Assembly: GCA_030149205.1 (NCBI GenBank)
Contig: JASBSB010000001.1
Coordinates: forward strand, 300,001 to 332,000
Direction: 5' to 3'
Source of the DNA: Candidatus Heimdallarchaeota archaeon
GTDB taxonomy: Archaea > Asgardarchaeota > Heimdallarchaeia > Heimdallarchaeales > Kariarchaeaceae
Length of the DNA stretch: 32,000 nucleotides
Shown one piece after another: positions 27,537 through 32,000 of the stretch. The position numbers were made by a program, and so were the translations under genes. Each line of letters starts with the position of its first letter. The first letter of the stretch is position 1. A model generated the notes under the pieces. The model searched no databases, was not told the origin of the DNA, and saw nothing but the letters and a program-made list of their open reading frames with translations.

Positions 27537-27669
27537 TCATTGATTAATTTGGTAAGTGGCTTAAATTAATTTAGATGGGATGTTATTTGAAGTTTAGAAT
27601 TTATTTAAATTTAAACAATAACACAGTCTGACTCATAAATATTTTTACATATTCAATAAGACTTTATGT

Positions 27670-29022
27670 ATGGATGAGCAGTATGTAAGGAATCAGTTTC
27701 CAATAACAACTAAAATTATAAAAGGGGACCTTAGGACCCCTGACCGAAACTTAATCTATTTTGACCATGCAGCAAGTACACATGCACCAATTTCAGTTTT
27801 AAATGCATACGTAGACTTTCACAAACAAAGTTACGCAAATATCCACAGAGGTGAACATACATTATCACAATTAAGTTCTGAGTACTATGATCAGGTCGAA
27901 CACAAGATTGGATCTTTTCTTGGATTAAAGTCAATTAGGAATGAGGGGATCCAAGGGATAATCACCACCAACACAACTTCATCACTTGATTTAGCAAGTC
28001 ATGTAATGGCTGATGAGAAAGGGATAGTTGTTTCTACCGAATTAGAACACCACTCCAACATTCTTCCACATAGAAGAAGAGGAAAAGTCAAACTGGCAAA
28101 TCTTGTAGAAGACGGAACTTTAAATTATGACAATTTGGAGGAGCTACTCCAGAAGAATGATGTTAAACTTGTTGCAGTCTCAGCAGGTTCGAATGTTTCA
28201 GGATATATGCCTAATTTGAATAAAATCGCACGATTAGCCCATGAGAACAATGCTAAAGTGCTTGTTGATGCAGCACAAAGAATTGCTCACAAATCTCTAG
28301 AGATGAAAGAATCAAATCATCCAGAACATTTAGATTTTATCGCAGGAGCTGGACATAAATTTTATGCACCTTTTGGTGCCGCCTTTTTGATGGGGTCTAT
28401 AGATACCTTTGATAATGCTCCACCCTATATACCAGCTGGAGGAACAGTTGCCTTTGTCACCACTGAAACGGAGCTTTATCTGAATGGTCCAAACCGACAT
28501 ACTCCAGGAACTCCAAACATAGCGGGAGCATATACACTAGGAAAAGCATTGGAATTTTTAACTCAGGTGGGGATGGATGAAATAAGAGACCATGAAATCA
28601 AACTGCTAAAACGAATGTTTAAAGGGTTAGGAGAAATCGATAATGTTACAATCTATGGAGATATCCCAATTGAAGAGAAATTAGGTGTTGTTAGTTTTAA
28701 TATAGATGGACTTGACCATGATATAACTGCAAATATGTTAGATAAAATTGGAGGGATCGCCGTTAGAAATGGATGTTTCTGTGCTCACCCCTATCTACTT
28801 AATTTGATGAGAATTGAAGAAAATAAGGTTGAGACGTATAGAGATGCCTTAAGAAACGGACAATCTGTAAAATTACCAGGAGCAGTTCGTGCATCAATTG
28901 GGATATATAACACTGTTGATGAGGTTGAAAAATTTATTTCTGTTGTAGAAGAGATAGCAAAAGTACAACCAAATGAGGTAGTCGATTACAAAGCTACCGC
29001 GGTAAAGTGTGGGATCTATTAA
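27670..29022 (+). CDS. Class V PLP aminotransferase-fold enzyme, SufS/CsdA-like cysteine desulfurase
   Basis: IYFDHAAST, ANIHRG, EHHSNILP, VDAAQ, AGHKFYAPFG (PLP Lys), GTPN, VRNGCFCAHPY (catalytic Cys position), VRAS.GIYN. Confidence 0.85.
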   Translation: MDEQYVRNQFPITTKIIKGDLRTPDRNLIYFDHAASTHAPISVLNAYVDFHKQSYANIHRGEHTLSQLSSEYYDQVEHKIGSFLGLKSIRNEGIQGIITTNTTSSLDLASHVMADEKGIVVSTELEHHSNILPHRRRGKVKLANLVEDGTLNYDNLEELLQKNDVKLVAVSAGSNVSGYMPNLNKIARLAHENNAKVLVDAAQRIAHKSLEMKESNHPEHLDFIAGAGHKFYAPFGAAFLMGSIDTFDNAPPYIPAGGTVAFVTTETELYLNGPNRHTPGTPNIAGAYTLGKALEFLTQVGMDEIRDHEIKLLKRMFKGLGEIDNVTIYGDIPIEEKLGVVSFNIDGLDHDITANMLDKIGGIAVRNGCFCAHPYLLNLMRIEENKVETYRDALRNGQSVKLPGAVRASIGIYNTVDEVEKFISVVEEIAKVQPNEVVDYKATAVKCGIY

Positions 29023-31319
29023 ATAAACTGCCCAGTTGGTAGTTCACTATCCTTCGATGCAAGTTTTCCCCGAAGATGGGTTGAAATATAGTCGTAATGC
29101 TTGACCAGTTCAGGTGAAAGCGTTGGAGTTATTCTTTCCAATGCTGTATAAAAATGAGACATTTTTACTACTCTCGACTCTAGATTTTCTCTGAGTGAGA
29201 TCAAGGCAGCTTCTCTGACCAAATTTTGTAAATCTGCTCCGACAAAGTACTGAGTCGCTTTTGACAATTCTAAAAGATCAACATCTTTAGCAAGTGGGAC
29301 TGAGTTGGAATGAACCTTCAAGATAGAAACTCTTCCTTCTTCATCAGGCATAGGGACATAAATCAACCTATCAAACCTACCTGGTCTTAATATTGCTGGA
29401 TCTAATAATTCAGGTCGATTGGTTGCTCCAATTACCAGTACTTTTCCCTTTTTATCTATACCATCCATGCTGCTGAGTAACTGATTAATTAATCGATCCA
29501 TCCATGCCTCTTGATCATTATTCCCACGAGTTTTCATGAGAGAATCCACTTCATCAAAAAATATAACTGTGGGTGCATTTTGCCTTGCTAGTTTAAAAAT
29601 CTCCCGAACTGCTTTTTCTGATTCCCCTACCCATTTAGATAAGAGTTCAGGTCCACGAACAGCAATAAAATTACTATCTGCAGAATTTGCAATAGCTTTG
29701 GCTAACAAGGTTTTACCAGTCCCAGGTGGCCCATAGAGTAATATCCCGGACGGAGGATCAATTCCCATTTCTTCAAAGGCATGGGGATAAATTAATGGCC
29801 ATTCCACAGCTTCAATAAGTTCTTGTTTCACCGATTTTAATCCACCTATATCATGCCAAGTAGTGTCAGGAATATCAGCGAAAAAATGTTTAAACCCAGA
29901 TGGTTCCATAAGTCTGAAAGCAGATTCAAAATCCTCCCTTGAAATAATTAAATCATCCATAATTCTCCTCGGATGATCATGTTCGAAACTAATGAAAGGT
30001 ATTAACCTGCTCATCGCAGATATCGCAGCTTCCTTAACCAATCCTGTTAGATCAGAACCAACAAAATGTTTAGACCTCTCACTGAGTTCTCGTAAATCAA
30101 CATCTTTAGATAAAGGAACCCCACGAGTTTTTATCTGTAATATTTCATATCTATCTTTTTTGTCTGGGGGTGTTAGATGAATTACTACCTCTAATCTTCC
30201 AGCCCTCCTAAATGATGGATCTATATCCTCGATTGACTTACTTGTCGCAAGAACTATGACAGGAGAGAATTTTGGAAGTTGATCCAATTGATAAATAAAT
30301 TCAGAAGTTATTCTCCTAGATAAATCACTAGAGGTATATGGGTTTCGAATAGGTGCATAACTTGGAAGATTGTCAAGTATAAGAAGACAGGGGGCCTTTA
30401 ATTCAGCTTCTTTAAAATATTTTTTGATTCTGCGTTCTGAAGTGTCAATATCATTACTAATTACTTCAGAGGGCTCAACTTTAACCACATTAACTCCTGA
30501 TTCAACTGATAGAATTTTTGTTAAAAGGGTTTTTCCACTCCCTGAAACCCCTGTAATAATAACACCTCGCGGAAAATCAATGTTGACGTGATTAAAGAAA
30601 TCTGGATTTTTTAAAGGTAAAGCTACAAATTTATGCATCCGATCTTTGATCTTACCATATCCGCCAAAATCATCGTACGTAAGTTGCTGGTTTAAATTTG
30701 TCTCTGCCAACTTTGTCTGCTTTCTTTCCAATTTCACTTCAGTGTTCTCATTTATTATTACCAAGGTATTGGGGTTGGTTTCAATTACCCTAAACTGAAC
30801 CTCACCAATTATAGTGTCTTTATCTGTGAGTTTTGTGGTTCCAATTACATCCTCCTTGGTACCATTTCCATTTTTTGACAAGGTATTTAGAACATACAAT
30901 GAGAGGATATCACCTCCCGCAACGGGAATACCTGACAGATTTTTAAACTCATCTAAATTCTTTTTGTCAACTACAGAACCCCCTCCAATTTGGGTGACTA
31001 TTAGTTGTTCACATGGTCTAGAAATAGCTTTATCTATCCTTACTATCGAATCTAAGGAAACACCCAATGATGTTCTTGTTAATCCATCGATCAGAATAAA
31101 TCCCTCAAATTCTCCTAGCATACTTTTATCCACCTTAGGTATCAGCTTTCTATCTTTTTCCCTAAAGGGTAAAATGATTACTCCCGACCTCTTTTTCCCA
31201 TAAATTTCTACTATCTCACCACGTTTAAATTTGTACTTTTGCATAAGTGATTTTGAAATCCTTGCCACTTTTTTCCCATAGTCATCTAAGGGTGAAGCAA
31301 TTACTTTGACATGTACCAT
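29019..31319 (-). CDS. Cdc48/VCP-family type II AAA+ ATPase paralogue (N domain, degenerate D1, intact D2)
   Basis: Double-psi N domain (RGEIVEI.G; DG.TR..LGV). D1: [20 protein letters not shown]2: [41 protein letters not shown] at 31319; the track's TTG start is at 31325. Confidence 0.92.
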   Translation of the reverse strand: MVHVKVIASPLDDYGKKVARISKSLMQKYKFKRGEIVEIYGKKRSGVIILPFREKDRKLIPKVDKSMLGEFEGFILIDGLTRTSLGVSLDSIVRIDKAISRPCEQLIVTQIGGGSVVDKKNLDEFKNLSGIPVAGGDILSLYVLNTLSKNGNGTKEDVIGTTKLTDKDTIIGEVQFRVIETNPNTLVIINENTEVKLERKQTKLAETNLNQQLTYDDFGGYGKIKDRMHKFVALPLKNPDFFNHVNIDFPRGVIITGVSGSGKTLLTKILSVESGVNVVKVEPSEVISNDIDTSERRIKKYFKEAELKAPCLLILDNLPSYAPIRNPYTSSDLSRRITSEFIYQLDQLPKFSPVIVLATSKSIEDIDPSFRRAGRLEVVIHLTPPDKKDRYEILQIKTRGVPLSKDVDLRELSERSKHFVGSDLTGLVKEAAISAMSRLIPFISFEHDHPRRIMDDLIISREDFESAFRLMEPSGFKHFFADIPDTTWHDIGGLKSVKQELIEAVEWPLIYPHAFEEMGIDPPSGILLYGPPGTGKTLLAKAIANSADSNFIAVRGPELLSKWVGESEKAVREIFKLARQNAPTVIFFDEVDSLMKTRGNNDQEAWMDRLINQLLSSMDGIDKKGKVLVIGATNRPELLDPAILRPGRFDRLIYVPMPDEEGRVSILKVHSNSVPLAKDVDLLELSKATQYFVGADLQNLVREAALISLRENLESRVVKMSHFYTALERITPTLSPELVKHYDYISTHLRGKLASKDSELPTGQFI

Positions 31320-31413
31320 TAACAATTCTCTTTTAATTTTTCATCTCAAAAATGCTTTGAATAATTGTTAAACCTTAGCCTGAATTTTTCAAGATAGTTT
31401 CTATGAGGTTTGT

Positions 31414-32000
31414 CTAAAGTTTCCAGTTGGGTTTTCGTTTTTCAATATAGGATTGAATACCCTCTTGACCATCCTCAGAGGCAAATAATCTGTTCTGTAA
31501 CTCTCGTTCCAGAGTTAAGCCCTCATGCAATGACATTTGTGAACCTGAGACAACTGCCCTTTTGATTAGTCCAATTGTAAGACCTGGTCCAGAAGCCAAT
31601 TTTGAAACATATTTATCCAGATTCGTAGCAAAATCATTTGAATCATAAACATAATTTACCAATCCTATGTCTAAAGCCTCATCTGGGGTAAGTAATTTTC
31701 CAGTTACCATCATGTCTATTGCCCTAGAATTTCCAATAAGCCTGCATAATCTTTGAGTTCCACCAGTCCCAGGAAGAACCCCTAGATTAACCTCAGGAAG
31801 ACCTATCTTATGTTCCTTTTCAGGATTTGATGATCTAGACATAAACCTAATATCCGCAGCTAGAGCAATTTCCAGTCCACCACCGACAGCATGCCCATCA
31901 ATCGCCACTATCACCAACTTCGGAGTTTGTTCTAACTTCAACAGTGTCTCATTTCCATGCAAACAGAAATTTCCTTTGCTCGTTGTGCTGCAGGCCTGAA
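31414..32000 (-). CDS. Crotonase-superfamily enzyme (partial, 5' end beyond the window) with a BoxC-like NFCxxxNET motif
   Basis: The frame stays open to the window edge (...QACSTTSKGNFCLHGNETLLKLEQTPK). GHAVGGGLE and GLPEVNLGVLPGTGG carry both catalytic Glu. The track's start at 31962 is an internal TTG. Confidence 0.85.
   Translation of the reverse strand, partial: QACSTTSKGNFCLHGNETLLKLEQTPKLVIVAIDGHAVGGGLEIALAADIRFMSRSSNPEKEHKIGLPEVNLGVLPGTGGTQRLCRLIGNSRAIDMMVTGKLLTPDEALDIGLVNYVYDSNDFATNLDKYVSKLASGPGLTIGLIKRAVVSGSQMSLHEGLTLERELQNRLFASEDGQEGIQSYIEKRKPNWKL

Noticed and set aside
772-31203. The remaining short ORFs in the track nested within or antisense to long genes (e.g. 772-1110, 3337-3852, 14434-14760, 25775-26053, 30814-31203)
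   Set aside because: They lie opposite or inside well-supported CDSs and show typical shadow-ORF composition.
1-32000. CRISPR arrays, tRNA/rRNA genes, inteins, in-frame Sec/Pyl recoding, defence systems
   Set aside because: Intergenic gaps are at most about 325 bp and show no repeat-spacer or cloverleaf pattern. All recognised enzymes are of normal length with no in-frame stops.

Overview
This is a gene-dense, AT-rich (roughly one-third GC by eye) archaeal chromosomal segment with about 30 CDSs. I found no rRNA, tRNA, CRISPR array or transposase. A Rab-like small GTPase, a Cdc48 paralogue, a NusA2-type KH protein, Pth2, an archaeal-type TruD and a geranylgeranyl reductase together point to an Asgard archaeon, probably Heimdallarchaeia-like; this is inference, not a database result. 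The left part has ion transport genes (P-type IIA Ca2+-ATPase, CLC-CBS, tandem-RCK K+ channel), an APH-fold protein with a degenerate active site, and an ETF/Fix system split into fixAB and fixCX by a 5.5 kb block (DOMON protein, K+ channel, PLP decarboxylase, TerB-like protein, TauE). The middle has moaB, citrate synthase, a DUF2080-like protein coupled to a 66-aa membrane microprotein, an ABC-2 transporter, pth2, GGR, a Cys-rich zinc protein and a 785-aa sequon-rich membrane protein. The right part has a PaaG-like crotonase, the Rab-like GTPase, the NusA2 protein, truD, a cysteine desulfurase-like enzyme, the Cdc48 paralogue and a truncated BoxC-like crotonase. The most interesting signals are: (1) a NusA2 protein that has lost its KH GxxG loop and resembles eukaryotic ribosomal protein eS7; (2) a Cdc48 paralogue with a degenerate D1 ring and an intact D2 ring; (3) a candidate APH-family pseudokinase; (4) the DUF2080/microprotein pair; and (5) possible CoA-dependent aromatic catabolism. 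All calls come from motif recognition, and reference sequences used for comparison were recalled from memory.
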